Of a DNA stretch of 64,000 bases, positions 25,183-37,933 are shown piece after piece. Location of the stretch: contig VJWM01000011.1 of assembly GCA_010909165.1 (NCBI GenBank), positions 1,178,001 to 1,242,000 of the forward strand, read 5' to 3'. Below the pieces are notes generated by a model, which was not told the origin of the DNA, made no database searches, and was given only the letters and a program-made list of their open reading frames with translations. This DNA comes from Anthoceros angustus (lineage: Eukaryota > Plantae > Anthocerotophyta). The position numbers were made by a program, and so were the translations under genes. Position 1 is the first letter of the stretch, and each line of letters starts with the position of its first letter.

Positions 25183-25975
25183 TTAGGTTGAAACATCGGT
25201 ACCCTCGATGAGGACACGTGGCGCGCATCGCGATGGGGCGCAACTGGTGAAACCCAGGTTAGTTTTGCATGTTAGCGGATCGGTCTCCTTCAGACTTCGA
25301 AATCTGTCACATGCTAGAAGCATTTGCAGCTCACGACTGCCGATCGCCGGCCCACTCCTAGCCAGTTGCTCGACTTCAGCACTTTTTCCTTCCGACAGAT
25401 CATACTTCAAAGCAAGCTGCAAGAGACAAACGACGTGGTCCAGCTTGCCCTCGTCATAAGGTGTCCAGGGGACGCTATAATCTAGGATAAATTCGATGCA
25501 GATTTGCCGACGACCTTCAATGTCATCACCGGCGACTTGCTTGCCTGTCAATGCCAGTGTCAGTGCTTAGGAGGAGCGTGGATCACAACAAGGTAGGATC
25601 TCCACTGTTCCAGCTTCAGATCTGCCCAAAACTCAAACAGCTTACCAGAACGCAACGATGAGCTCCGATTGCATCAAACGTTTCATCAGTAGTCTTCAAC
25701 CATACGTCTGCTACGGGAGCAACAAACATACCCATATCCCACGCTTGGAGAAAGCTGGAAGTGCGTTGGAGTTTACGCAGTTTCGTCTCGACCTTTCTCA
25801 ATTCTTCTCTCAGTCCCTTCTCAACACCTTCCTTCTCGCGCATATCAACGACACAGTTGGAGCGAAAAATTCGCTCGTAAAAAGGCGAGAACAACCTGCG
25901 GCAATTGGAACACTGTGCTTCTCGGGTCCTCGCCTTCACTTGGCGCAGTGTTCTCCTCGACCCATCGTACTAATT
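25183..25975 (-). pseudogene. BTB/POZ paralog pseudogene (early stop, BTB core deleted)
   Basis: MGRGEHCAK*; CSNC; ADVWLKTTDE..AHRCVL with the same intron; jumps to EGRRQICIEFILD...LLQLALKYDL. Confidence 0.75.
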
Positions 25976-26759
25976 GTAGTCAAATTTGGCTCTCAGCGAG
26001 AAAATGTTCTGGATCGCCGGTTTCATGGTAAGGAGCTGCCGAGCTGTGTTTCAGCTACCCTGGCACAGCTACCCTGGCACTTGCAGTTCCAACCGCTGGG
26101 CCCTAACCACATGGCTAACAAGATAGTAGATAAACAGGAAGACCGTCCCAGAGACCGGGAGGCTAGGCAGTAACATCACATCCAACAAAAATGAAGGTGG
26201 ACAGGTCGGTGTCGTTGCCAGGACCTTCCAATTTGTTTGTAGTCAGATCGGGACTCGGAAGCAGAGTGCTGAAAAGCGTCGGGCGCCAATCTAGGGAATA
26301 AGGAGATCTGAGGTGGAAGTGTGTGGCAGTGGACGGGACTTCTTGCATGCTTGCCATCTTCTGCAGTTTGCTGACCAGCTGAGATGCCACGGCGATCAGC
26401 TGGCAACACGAAGTAGCTCGATTTTGCTGGAGTGGCCACTTGAAACGCCTCCCTCCGTACACTAGCAGGACGTTTGAATCCAGGCTCTGGCGGGGAAAAA
26501 CTATCGTGAACATGTTCGCCAATCAGAAGCATGTCCGCACACGTTAGAGGTGATCTGCTGTTACACATCACGGACAGGGACATGGCTTTCTAGATGTCCC
26601 CGCACTCTTTCTCCCCTCTCATTTTTCTGCTCCTCCTATCGTCTACCTTCTCGTTTGTGGAGTGGAAAAACCACGCGGCAGAGCTGCTTTCATCATGTTT
26701 GACCAGAGGACGGGAGTAAGAACCGTGTGAACAAATTTGCAATCTACAGCTGCCCATCA

Positions 26760-28490
26760 CGAAAATTTCAAAACCTTGTCACAAGCATCCTTCTGAGAAC
26801 TCTGTTTCTGTGACCGGGCATTCCCGATGATGCTCTCACAAATTTCAATAGCTTGAAGGGGATCGGTCTCCTTCAGATATCGAAATCTGTCACATGCTAG
26901 AAGCATTTGCAGCTCACGGTTGCCGATAGCCGGCCCACTCCTGGCTAGTTGTTCGACTACAGCACCTTTTACTTCCGTCAGATTATTCTCCTCGGCTCAT
27001 GGGACCAATTGCATCCGCAAGAAAATGCTCTGGCCATGGATCGCCGGTTTTATGGTAAGGAGCGGCCGATGTGGGCTGTGCTTTATTTCATTTTCATGTG
27101 GAAAATGAGGCCGTGGTGCGACCGTGGGACGGCGGTGGGACGGCGGGCGATGGCGCTGCGTCCTCCCTCCTTGCGCAGGACACGGAGAATGCTCCACACT
27201 TCCTTCCTCCTTCGTCTTCTCACCCCCTTGCTCATGTCTGCTGTCTGAGAACGGTGTCATTGATGGCCTGAGATGGGCCCTGGTGGACACCCTCCTTTCA
27301 AGTCCTACCTCTCCGGATGCGGCCACCTACATGTACTGAACTGATGGTTGCAGTCCAGGCTCTTCACAGCCGCAAACAATGTGGTGACGGGGACGGCTAT
27401 GGTTACTGGGCATGCACAAGGCCGCAAGGGCTGCTGGCCATGGCGGGGCAGCAAAGACTCGGACATGACACGGTTGTTCTGCAGAGACAAATGGAATAGG
27501 AGTGCCTCGCTTTGGCAGACCTTGTTGCTCGTTGTGTACAGTTAAATGGCATGGGAGGGCCTCGTTTTCGCCGACCTTGTTGCTTGTTTTGGATAGACCA
27601 ATGGAATAGGAGGGCCTCGTTTTCCCTGACCTTGTTATGTTCTCTTGTTCGCAAGTTGTGATGACCTGGAAGCTACACGCCTGGTTCTTGACATGGATGG
27701 ATGTCTGGATGTCCATGGAATGCCCTTATATCTGCCATGCAGAAAGGACAGGTCTACGATGGTGGCAAACATTTTCATTCCATGGCCGAACAGCATGGCA
27801 TCTAACCTACTATTCAGCACCACAAGTGCATATATATTTGATCGTCTTGGGCTTCCAGGCCATTCCCATGGGGCATTGAAGACGCTGTCCAAACTGTGCC
27901 ATCCTCTTTGTAAGTGCTGTGTAACTGAAGATGACGAGAGTGTAAGTGAAGATGATGAGCGCCTGCAGCACGTCAGAGGAGATATCCGCAATCTCAACGA
28001 AGCCGGTCTCCTTCTCCCTCATATCGTTGAAGACCATAGCCTTGAACACCGGCGACTTGCTTGCCTGTCAGTAAATCATCAGAGGAAAAATAGTGCACCA
28101 GAAAAGCCTGAATCTCCACTTTCCAGCTTCACATCTGCCCGGAACTGAACCTCAAACAACCTACCAGAACGCACCGATGTGCTCCCAGTGCAACACACGT
28201 TTGTTCAGTCGTCTTCAACCAAACGTCTGCTACGGAAGCAGAAAAATGTCATCACCCCAAGCTTGGAGGAACGTAAAATTGCTCTGGACCCTGTGCAAGT
28301 CAGCCCTAGCTTTCTCCAGGTCCGTCTTCACTTTGCTCAACTCTTCCCTGAGTGCCTCCTCCTCAACAGACTCATGAGCCACTTGGTTATCGAGGGTCAC
28401 GCTGCAGCCGATGCAAATAGTCTTGGGCTACCCATGAAGCCAGAAGATCGTCTGACACTTCGCAGGCTCATCGCGAAGTGCCGGTTTCAT
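26760..28490 (-). pseudogene. BTB/POZ paralog pseudogene, interrupted by a ~0.9-kb insertion
   Basis: ATG at 28490, in-frame stops, FKAMVFNDMREKETGFVEIADISSDVLQAL. The C-terminal block (GPAIGNRELQMLLACDRFRYLKETDPLQ) resumes near 26960. Confidence 0.7.
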
Positions 28491-28767
28491 GCTCCGGCAT
28501 GAAACCGGCAGCTCTCGCAGGTTTCATGGTCGAGAGCTGCCGAGGTGGGCAGTGTAAGTACATACAGATACTCCAAACCGTATATAATCTTTATACGGTA
28601 TTACTGGAATTCCGTTCGTTGACGTGGTTCTTCCTTTCATACAAGGAAGCCGTAAGTAGTGACTGTGAAGCGCAAGCTACAGTAGGAGGTTTTCCTCATC
28701 TGAATGTGGCTTGGAATGAGCGGGAGGCAAAACACTCCTGGTAAGCGGCGTCTGTCAGCCTGCAAGA

Positions 28768-30668
28768 ATGGGACCTCTCCTACCGGCAACAGCTGCCGTG
28801 GAGCGCATCGATTTGTCCTGTTCTGACGAGGCCGCCTTGGCCAGACTTGTTAGACAGGCAAGTGCTTGTCGTAACAGCAGATTCTCGCATACTTTTTGGA
28901 GGGAAATGAGACTGAAATTGATTGTTTGCGCCTGATTTGCAGGCTTGTGTGGATGTTGGGTTTTTTTACGTAGTCAATCATGGAGTTGATCAGGAGCTTG
29001 TCTCAAAGCTTTTCGAGCAGTCACGGGAGTTTTTTACTCTCCCGTTGGAAGACAAGATGAAGTCCCTGCACAACAGCAATTACAGAGGATATACACCTTA
29101 CCTGGACGAGAAGCTCAGTGCAAATCAGGTTAAAGGTACCGGTTGCTTGTGGTGCACGAAGGCGAGTGGTTGTGGCATCATGTGGGAAGGTCTGACGTGA
29201 CAAGTGGTGTGGATGCTCACCATCAGGGGACTTGAAAGAGGGTTACTACATAGGGGAGGACATTCCAGAAGAGGATGTGCGGGCACGAATCCCGTTTCAT
29301 GGCCCTAATGTTTGGCCATCTTCAGGTAGAACCAGTTTGCAGTTGGGGTGGGATTACCTTTGCTGCTCCAGCTTTTAACCATCGTGGGCAGATCTGTTGC
29401 CGGAGTGGCGGCCAACCATGGAAAGATATCATGAGCAGATGGTGTAAGTTGGAGTTTCTGCAGGTTCTGGCTTGTCTGCTGCCTTCGATGCAGTTGAGTG
29501 ACCTTGTGTGTGAAGTGCAGGAAGCTGACAAAGCGGCTTTTGAGGCTCATAGCCCTAGCTTTACGATTGGATGCTGACTACTTTGACAAGCCTACGAAAG
29601 TTGACAATCCAGTATGTTTGATCCGTTTGCTGAGATATACTGGTGAGTGCCATTTGCCTGTGCTGCATTCCTGAAGCGTGTTGAAAGGAAGTCGGAATGG
29701 CTGACAAGGTAAAATACATGCTGTTGATATTAGCAGATGAAAAATCAGAACCAGACGAGGGCCTCCTTGGAGCAGGGGCTCACTCGGATTGGGGCGTGCT
29801 TACCATTCTTGCAACCGACAAGGTTCCAGGACTTCAGGTACTGCCTCAGTCTCAGCCAACAAAGTGGTTGGTATTACTTTTGTGTTATGAATCGTGTCAC
29901 TGCCGGTTGTGCTCATGGTTAAACTGGTTGAATGACAGATTTGCAAGGATAAAGATGCCAGACCACAAGTGTGGACAGATGTACCGCCAATTGAAGGGTA
30001 ACTGCAGCAAACAAGAACTTTTAACATAAGTCACCTTGGTTGGGTTTAAGCGCAGGTTGTTGAATTTGTTGTTTGGTACTGAGTTGGTGATATCAGAGGC
30101 TTTATTGTGAACCTGGGAGATGCACTGGAACGCTGGAGCAACAATATTTTCAGGTATCTTGAAATGACCTGCCAGTTTTTTGGTGGAACAGAAGAGCTCA
30201 TGTGCCTTCACTGTTGTGTTTTGAACTTTTGCAGATCAACTTTGCATCGAGTCGTGAATCCTGGCTTCGTTCGGTACTCGGTGGGCACTTGTTCCAGCAT
30301 ACTCAGAAATTCAGAAAAGCAGCTGCAGAGAAGTCAGATTTCTAACACTTTCTTGTTCCTTTCGATTGTGCACCACAGGCTGCATTCTTTGTGGACCCCA
30401 ACTACAATTGCGTGGTGAAGTGTCTGCCAACTTGTCAATCAAAAGACAACCCTCCCAAGTAATCTTGCACATACCCAAAGCATGATCTGGTTGCAAAGTC
30501 ACGTGCCTTTGACATGTGATTTACTTCACCGCTTTGCCAAAGGTGTAGATACGCCTGGTGGTTCTTGGCATCACTGTTTTTGTCGGATTTGTGTACAGGT
30601 ATCCTCCTGTTATTTCTGTGGAGTACCTTATGCGAAAATACAGGGAAACCCATGCAGGCTACACATAG
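28768..30668 (+). CDS. 2-oxoglutarate/Fe(II) dioxygenase (DOXC), copy 1
   Basis: [37 protein letters not shown] (HxD), VNLGD.LERWSN, STLHRV, RYS. Exons reconstructed by eye. Confidence 0.92.
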
Positions 30669-31493
30669 GGCTGGTTGTATGTCTGCGGGGTCATGTATAT
30701 CTGTTTATGTACTGTAGTGCTACCTTCATGGTCGTGGGGCCTCTTAGGTGCACACCTGTATTTGCTTCTCTGTACAGAGCATCGACAAGGACTCAACGAT
30801 GCAAGTATGTCTACGTACGTCGATACGGTTGTGTTCAACCTAACAAAATGTTTGTTGTTTGTTTGTCCATCGTTTCCTGTCAACTTGTCAATGTAACCTT
30901 GTCACGTACCTATCGAAAAGGACACTACAGCATCAATAAAGTTTAATCTGTTATAAGATCGGACCTTGGGAAGGAACGGAGAACGAAGATGGAGCCTTCT
31001 TGGGTTCAGTGAAATCAGGTCCAGGCAGGTGGAAATTTGTCCGATCGTGTCTCCGTCCACTCAGGCTCCGAGGGGATGTCAGAGCCTAGAAGCTGCTAGA
31101 GCCACAGTGTCAGTGGCATATCTGGGTTGTAGGAAAACGTGATGGGCTGCGCAGGGCCTGTTGTGTGCCACGTTCTTATTTACAAGTTACCGGCGAATGA
31201 TGCTCTGTTCTGGCTCTGGTTGGAACTTGGAATGCCATTGCATGTGGCACCGTCGACCCGGAGGCTGGAATCCTTCAACGGGGAAATAAGATTAGAGACA
31301 ATTTCGAAGTTCGAAAACGGATATCCTTATCCTTGAATCCTGTGTGTCTTTTCTTTTTCTAGAGACACGGAAGTGTGGCGTCGCATATAAGAGAACGGTA
31401 GATCCGAGCAGCTGATCAAACCAAGTGCTCACCTCGATCAAGCAAGGCTCGCTACTAGTTAGTGCTTGCCATAGTGGGTGCAAGGCAGCAAGA

Positions 31494-33364
31494 ATGGGGC
31501 CTCCATTGCCAAGACCGCAGACTGCTCTCGAAACACCTTCCGCAGCAGTGGAACGCATCGATCTGTCCAACCCAGATGAGGGGGCTTTGGCCAAGCTTGT
31601 ACGACAGGTGGGAATGTGTTGAACGCATCTCAAAGTTTGTGTGCTCTCCCTATCTGATTGTACAATGGAATGTTGGCACACAGGCAAGCATAGATGCTGG
31701 CTTCTTCTACGTGGTCAACCACGGTGTGGATCCAGAGCTGATGAAAGAGCTCTTCCATCAGTCGAAGAAGTTCTTTTCCCTACCGCTGGATGAAAAGATG
31801 AAGACCTTGCATGACGGGAATTTCAAAGGCTATACGCCTTACTCGGAAGAGGTGCTGGCCAACGAAGTAAATCAAGCTAAAGGTATGCCCATAATCTGAG
31901 TGTGCAGGTCATGAACCCATGTTGAATTCCTACAATGCTGAAACAAATTCGTGACACCATCCAGGAGACATGAAGGAAGGTTTCTACATGGGGGAGGAAA
32001 TCTCGTCGGACGACGTGCGGGCCAAAATTCCATTGAATACTCCCAACGTGTGGCCGTCTCCAGGTAGCTAGACGCATACTCGCCATGTGCATCGCTTTCA
32101 ATGTTCCCGAGCGTTCATCTGTCCGACCGGTGCACAATGATCCATCCCTTGACAGATGTTCTCCCACAATGGCGTGAAACCATGATGAAGTACCGGGAAG
32201 TAATGCTGTAAGCTGCTGCCGCTCTTCCTGTTCCAATCAGACGAGCTAGACGCAGTAACAGTGCTCTTTGCCCGCATCTGACAGAGATATAATTATGGCT
32301 GCAGGCATCTTGCTGGACGGCTCTCTCGTCTCCTGGCTTTGGCCTTGGGCCTGGATGCTGAATATTTCAACAAACCAAGCAAGGCAAACCAGCCACAAGC
32401 CTTCCTGCGATTGCTGAAGTACCCTGGTGAGCGGATGGCCCACAGCCCCAAACCAGCCTGGATGATTCCTGCTACCTTTCGCACTCCCCATCTGAAATGG
32501 ATCATTTCGTCCAGCTGAAAAATCGTACCCAGAGCAAGGCCTGATCGGAACCGGGGCACACACTGATTGGGGCATGTTCACCATCCTTGCAAACGACTCC
32601 GTCCCAGGACTCCAGGTACTAGTCTTGCACTACAGCTCGAACCCAGACGGTGTGCTGTGAGCACTGTTAAAACCTAATCCATTCTCGAGACTTACAAGTG
32701 CATTTGCAGATTTGCAAGGACAAGGACGCTAATCCACAAGTGTGGATGGATGTGCCACCAATTGAAGGGTATGTACGCATCTACACTCGTGCACACTTAT
32801 TAGGAAAGCTCTGACTGACGCAAAATCGCACCTGGTGTATTTATGTGATCAGAGCATTTGTGGTGAACTTGGGAGATATTCTTGAGCGGTGGACCAACGA
32901 CCTCTTCAGGTCCACACTGCACCGAGTTGTGAACCCCGGCTTTGAGCGATACTCGGTGCGTATCTTCTTTCAGCTTTCTGCAGCTGGCTCCTAAATGACG
33001 CCAAACACACTTGGCCTGGTCTTATCCCGCGTTGTTTGTGTTCAGGTGGCGTTCTTTGTGACACCCAATTACAACTGCGTTGTGAAGTGTTTGCCGACAT
33101 GCTGCAACAAGGAAAAGCCTGCCAAGTACATCTATCTATTCGCTGATAATGTTCATTCAAGTATTCGCATCTTGCATCTTGCATCTTGCATCTCATCGGA
33201 CACTCTCGACACCGCGAGGCCAGGACGGGCATTGAAGAAGGCTTGAATCGTTGTTTTGCTGCAGGTATTCTCCAACCATTTCCGTGGAGTATCTTCTGCG
33301 CCGATATGCACGCGCACGCGTTTATGAATCATCGGAGCCGAAGGTGGTGTTAGTTGAAGCTTGA
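31494..33364 (+). CDS. 2-oxoglutarate/Fe(II) dioxygenase (DOXC), tandem copy 2
   Basis: Same motifs (GAHTDWG, STLHRV, RYS) and near-identical exon structure to copy 1. Confidence 0.92.
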
Positions 33365-33563
33365 GTGGGTTTGTCATGATACGATCGATTTCATACAAAA
33401 CAAGTACACGTAGTGTTCAGAATGCAGCATTTGCAACAAGTCGGAATGGAAAATACGATAGTACCCGACGTCGACAGATGTGCTTACCTCTTCACATCCA
33501 TTAGACGTCATGTGGTGCTTGCCACTGTACATTAAGATACCATCCTCCCACTTTGATAAATCA

Positions 33564-36500
33564 CTAGGTGGGAAGTGTCCTCAACAAATCAACAGCCAGT
33601 TGCCATCCTGCCAGCTCTAATCTGCCAAACCTCGTTAGGACGGGGACTATTCCAGCTGCGATGATGGCTGGGTGATTTTCAACATCCAGCCCAAGGGCGT
33701 GAAGAATACGAAGTGCTGCTTCCTTCCCTCGAGGGGTACCCTTCTCGAGCAATCTTACCAAGGGGAAGATTCCCCCAGAAGAGGCTATGGCTGTGGTATA
33801 AACTTCTTCTCCTTGGCTCTGTAATTGCTGAAGACCAACAGCCGCGGCCTCTTGTCTCTCAGGTGAAATGCCTTCTCCAAGCTCCATAATTAATGCAGGT
33901 ATTGTCTCGTGACACATTATCTGCTGCTTGTAGTTTGCTTCGAGGCCGTCCAGTCTACATAGGCAGGCTCCGACCCAATCTTTCAGATACAAGGGAGAGG
34001 GTGACCTGAGCAGTACAACTAAAGCCCCTGTCAAGTCCGCAACATTGAGTAGACTCTTGACACTTTCGTGTTTCACTAGTCTTGCCAAAAGTCTAGAGGC
34101 TGCCCGAGCTACTACCCAACCATCCTCGATTGTGCTGAACCGTCGGTTTCTTGTGGTTTCAATGGCGTCTGAGATGTACACGAGAAACAGGTTTATAATC
34201 AAGAAGCACGCCACCTGATGAAATAGGGTTGACAGAGTGGAACAAAAAAAAAGACCTGTATGCAAGTTTACTTCCAGTGATGCCTTGAGAGCTCGTTCAA
34301 TCCCAGAATTTACAATGGCCACTGCACTTTCCTCGTCCAAAACAAGGTTCTCCAGCACATTAGCTGCCTTCTCTGCTTGGGCTGGTGTTCCTGATGACAG
34401 AAATGCCACCAGAGGAGAGATACCACCAGCAGCTATTATCTTTGACCTGAGATGACACAACGCAGGTTGCAGCAGATTATTGTTAAGGAAGAAAGAGGCG
34501 TCAGAACCGCCTTACCCCGCAACAGCAGTTGTTAGCCTAACGGGCAAAATAGCTGCGAGTGTGGAGGGAACATCAGGACTTGGGTGAGAAAAAGAGTAAG
34601 CAAGGGCCAGGACAAGGATACCTGACATCACCTTTGCGAGCTGACATTTCCTCGAGCACTTCTTCAACTTCCTCCTTCACTTCTACAGTTGCATCGTGGG
34701 AACGCACAATTTCCATTAGCCCTGGTAATGCGCCAGCATCAACCTACATGTGTTGCTGTCTCCAATCACTGTCAAAGGATACACAGTCGTTCACATGTAG
34801 GGAGCTAGATTTGCAAGACGGGCCTAAACAAAATCGGGTTTGATTTTCAGTTACGTGACAGTGATTGAGGCTAGTGCAACTCTACCGTAGAGTCAGCTTC
34901 AGAGCCTCGGATACGCGATAGATGTTCCAGTGCTCCAACAACCTTCATTCCACCATTGGCCATTAGGCACTGGAGCTGATCACAAGCAAGATGCAAACGA
35001 CCAGGCCTGCACGAAATACTTGAAGAGAGAGTTTGATGTGTCACCTTCTCATTAAGCGACGTGGAGGAACTCTTGGCCTTCAGAATAGCCACCAGTGCAT
35101 CAACAGCGCCATGAGCGGCAATTGACTTCCGGAGCGTTCGACTGTACAGGATCAAAGATAAGACCAGGTAAACTAACATTTCAGACAACAACAACGATAT
35201 GCATATACAGACAACCACAAAGACGGACCTAATGGCAAGCTTGTCCAAAGCAGCTACAGCTGCCTCTGTTGCAGATTCATCTCCACAACCCAGCATTCTC
35301 ACCAGGTGAGGAACTGCACCAGCTTTATGAAGTGCTTCCCTGCTCTCCTCATTAATTGCAATGTCCGCAATACATTCTGCTGCACGCTGGGAAACTCTGA
35401 CATCCTCTAACCCAAGAATAAGTATCAGCCTTGGAAGTCCATCCCACCATGGCATAAATGTAAACCTTCTGTCACTAGTCGGGGGCTCCTCCTTCAGTTT
35501 CCCAGCCTTCTCTTTTTCTAGAACCCCAATCCGTGCCAGAAACTGCTGTCTCACAATGCCCTCTCTAGCGGATTTGGTTGCCTCATCTATATCCTGGCCA
35601 TCATTTCGAATCTTCAGCCCCAGCAGCAGTTTTCCAGCACCAAAAACAGTTTCCTGCTCAGCAGACTCTTCCACCTTCACGCTTTTGGGCACAGAGGGTG
35701 TGACACCAAGAAGGGGCTTGAAGGATGCATATGCACTGGCCCCAATCAGAGGTACTGGTACCAAGCCTTGCTCAATGATAGCAGTCCGCCAGTCAGGCTT
35801 ATGAGCAAGCTCTAAAAGCAGGTTTCGTGCTTCCTGCCTGGTGATCTTTGATGTCTCGCTTAAGTCCTTCTGCAATAAATTAGACTGCACGAAGTGAAAG
35901 AAAAAGTCAGTAGTAGCAAGTTGAAAAGAAAATACCATAGACAATCGTATGCAAGAACCCCAATAAAGAAGTAACCGAGGATGAAAGGTTGCAGAGCTCA
36001 CAAACTTTTCAATGGCCCCACACTTGACAAGGATGCCACGATTCTCAGCACTCAAAGCAAGGTTTGAGAGCACTCCAGCAGCTGCTTCTCTTTCCAGCTC
36101 CCTCGCTGAGTCAAGCAGCGAAAGCAAAACCGGCACCAGATCAAGGTCGGCAACCTTGTTCCTCCATTTTTCCTCAACAGAAACATTCCACAAAACACAT
36201 AGTGCCTGCTCCCTCACCTTCAGCACCACAAGAACACACAGACTGTAGTCAGTATCAACTTTCCATCCACACGAGCTGGCCTCCTAAACTACACAGCCTA
36301 GAGATCAGAGAATGTCACCTCATGGGGAACGGCTCGGCGAGTGAGTAAGCCAGCAATCTCTTCCACGGCCCCACATTCAGCCACCAGAGACCTGAAGGCA
36401 TTTACCTCTGAGACGTGCCTCAAGAGTCTAGCCGCTGCCTCTGCAGTCTCACAGTTTTCCGACGGCAGCAGGTTAACCACCAGGTTGAGACAACCTGGAT

Positions 36501-37045
36501 ATGAAACAATCTCCTCCACATTTTCAACTCCTTTCGAGGCGTGTCTCCGAAGCGCCTGCACGGCCTCCTCTCTGTCCTGTGGAGAATTGTCAGCTCCAAG
36601 CAAGCGAATAAACAACCCCACATAACCGGGCTGCACACCATATCCCAACTCCCTAGCAACCGTATCCTGGGCAGCCCGAGATCGTCCCCCAAGCTCTTTC
36701 CCCGACCCGTTTCCTTCGATCCCCTGCATGTCACCCACACACATAAAAATGGCAGCTGAGCCATAATCAGCTCCCAACATCAGCACATTCTCCGGCATTT
36801 ACCAGATGCTGTAGCAGTTCCTCAGTACCAGCTGGCAGATCGCCAAGGGAGGAGGACTGTGTTACTTCAACCCCACCTCCATCCGCGGCGTCGCTAGAAA
36901 CCCTGAGTCTGGAAGGCAATCCTCGCCAGTTCTTCAGCCATGGGGGAGGTCCACGAATGAATGTTGCCCTTCCGGTTGGCAATCTCACATTGCGAGAGCA
37001 CGCCAGAAGGGAAACGCCGTGCGACATGTCACGGATTGCATCCAT
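33564..37045 (-). CDS. Armadillo-repeat protein with putative plastid transit peptide, multi-exon
   Basis: Repeated ARM units (EAAAGVLSNLALS, GAVPHLVRML, GGIFPLVRLLEKG); conserved GLVPVPLIGASAYASF and WWDGLPRLILILG blocks. Confidence 0.85.
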
Positions 37046-37372
37046 GTGGTCGAAAGCTGTCTCTGCTGCCTCTTCACATGCAACGCCACGCAGCCAACTC
37101 TCGTAGACCGAGCTTACATTTCTTTTTGCAAGGGCAAAGAAGTACAAAGTCAGCCAAAGCGTCTAATTTGCTATGGGCATTTGTAGCAACGACTAAAGGC
37201 ACTGCTATTATGTGCTAAGTTTTGTCGCTCGATCCATCCTTAATGGACTTTAATAAAATTCTTTTGTTGTCCTTAAGGCTACGTCCAAAGTGTGCTAAGG
37301 ATGGCCTTTAATAAAATTCTTTTGTTGTCCTTAGACTACGTCCAAAGTGTGCAACTCCGGCGTGTGCTTCAC

Positions 37373-37933
37373 CTACTGTCCAGCAGCGAAGGCCTCGATA
37401 GGAAATGTCTTGGTGATGCCTGCAAAGCTCTTGAAGTGGATTTTGGAACTGTTTTGCTCGTCGATGGAGATATCTCCCACAGGTGCCCAGATGAGCAGCT
37501 CCCTAGCCCGCACTCCTGAGAGCTTCTTGATTCGCTTCGTCTCCAGGAACCCAGTGATGTCCGTGGCATAGCTTACCAGCTTACCAGCGATCTTGAAGTT
37601 GTGCTCAACCTTCTTCTTCTGAGAAATCCACACGTACCCGGTGGCCTGGACGAAGCCAATCTCCACAACCTCCTGTAGAGGCAGGAGGCCCGAAGGAAGG
37701 CCGAACTCCTCCAGCAAGGACACGGCTTTCTTCAAGCTTTCCTCGTGGCCAGTCCAGATAATGGCATTCTTCTTCAGGTCCTCCTTCTTGATGTCCTTGA
37801 TGCCCACTTTGGCCTTGCCAGCCTCTTCCTTCTTAACCGCAGCAGTGGGCTCCGGCGCAGGCTCCGGCACTACCTCCTTCACTACCGGCTCCTTCACTGC
37901 TGCCGGCTTCACTGCAACTGCTGCGGACGCCAT
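37373..37933 (-). CDS. DUF538 protein with Ala/Glu/Lys/Pro-rich N-terminal extension, single exon
   Basis: LLEEFGLPSGLLPL...GYVWISQKKKVEH...VSYATDITG...KKLSGV.A.ELLIW. Confidence 0.92.
   Translation of the reverse strand: MASAAVAVKPAAVKEPVVKEVVPEPAPEPTAAVKKEEAGKAKVGIKDIKKEDLKKNAIIWTGHEESLKKAVSLLEEFGLPSGLLPLQEVVEIGFVQATGYVWISQKKKVEHNFKIAGKLVSYATDITGFLETKRIKKLSGVRARELLIWAPVGDISIDEQNSSKIHFKSFAGITKTFPIEAFAAGQ

Noticed and set aside
37249-37355. ~58-bp direct repeat between the ARM and DUF538 genes, and a 23-bp repeat at 38999/39059
   Set aside because: Small local duplications with no further structure.
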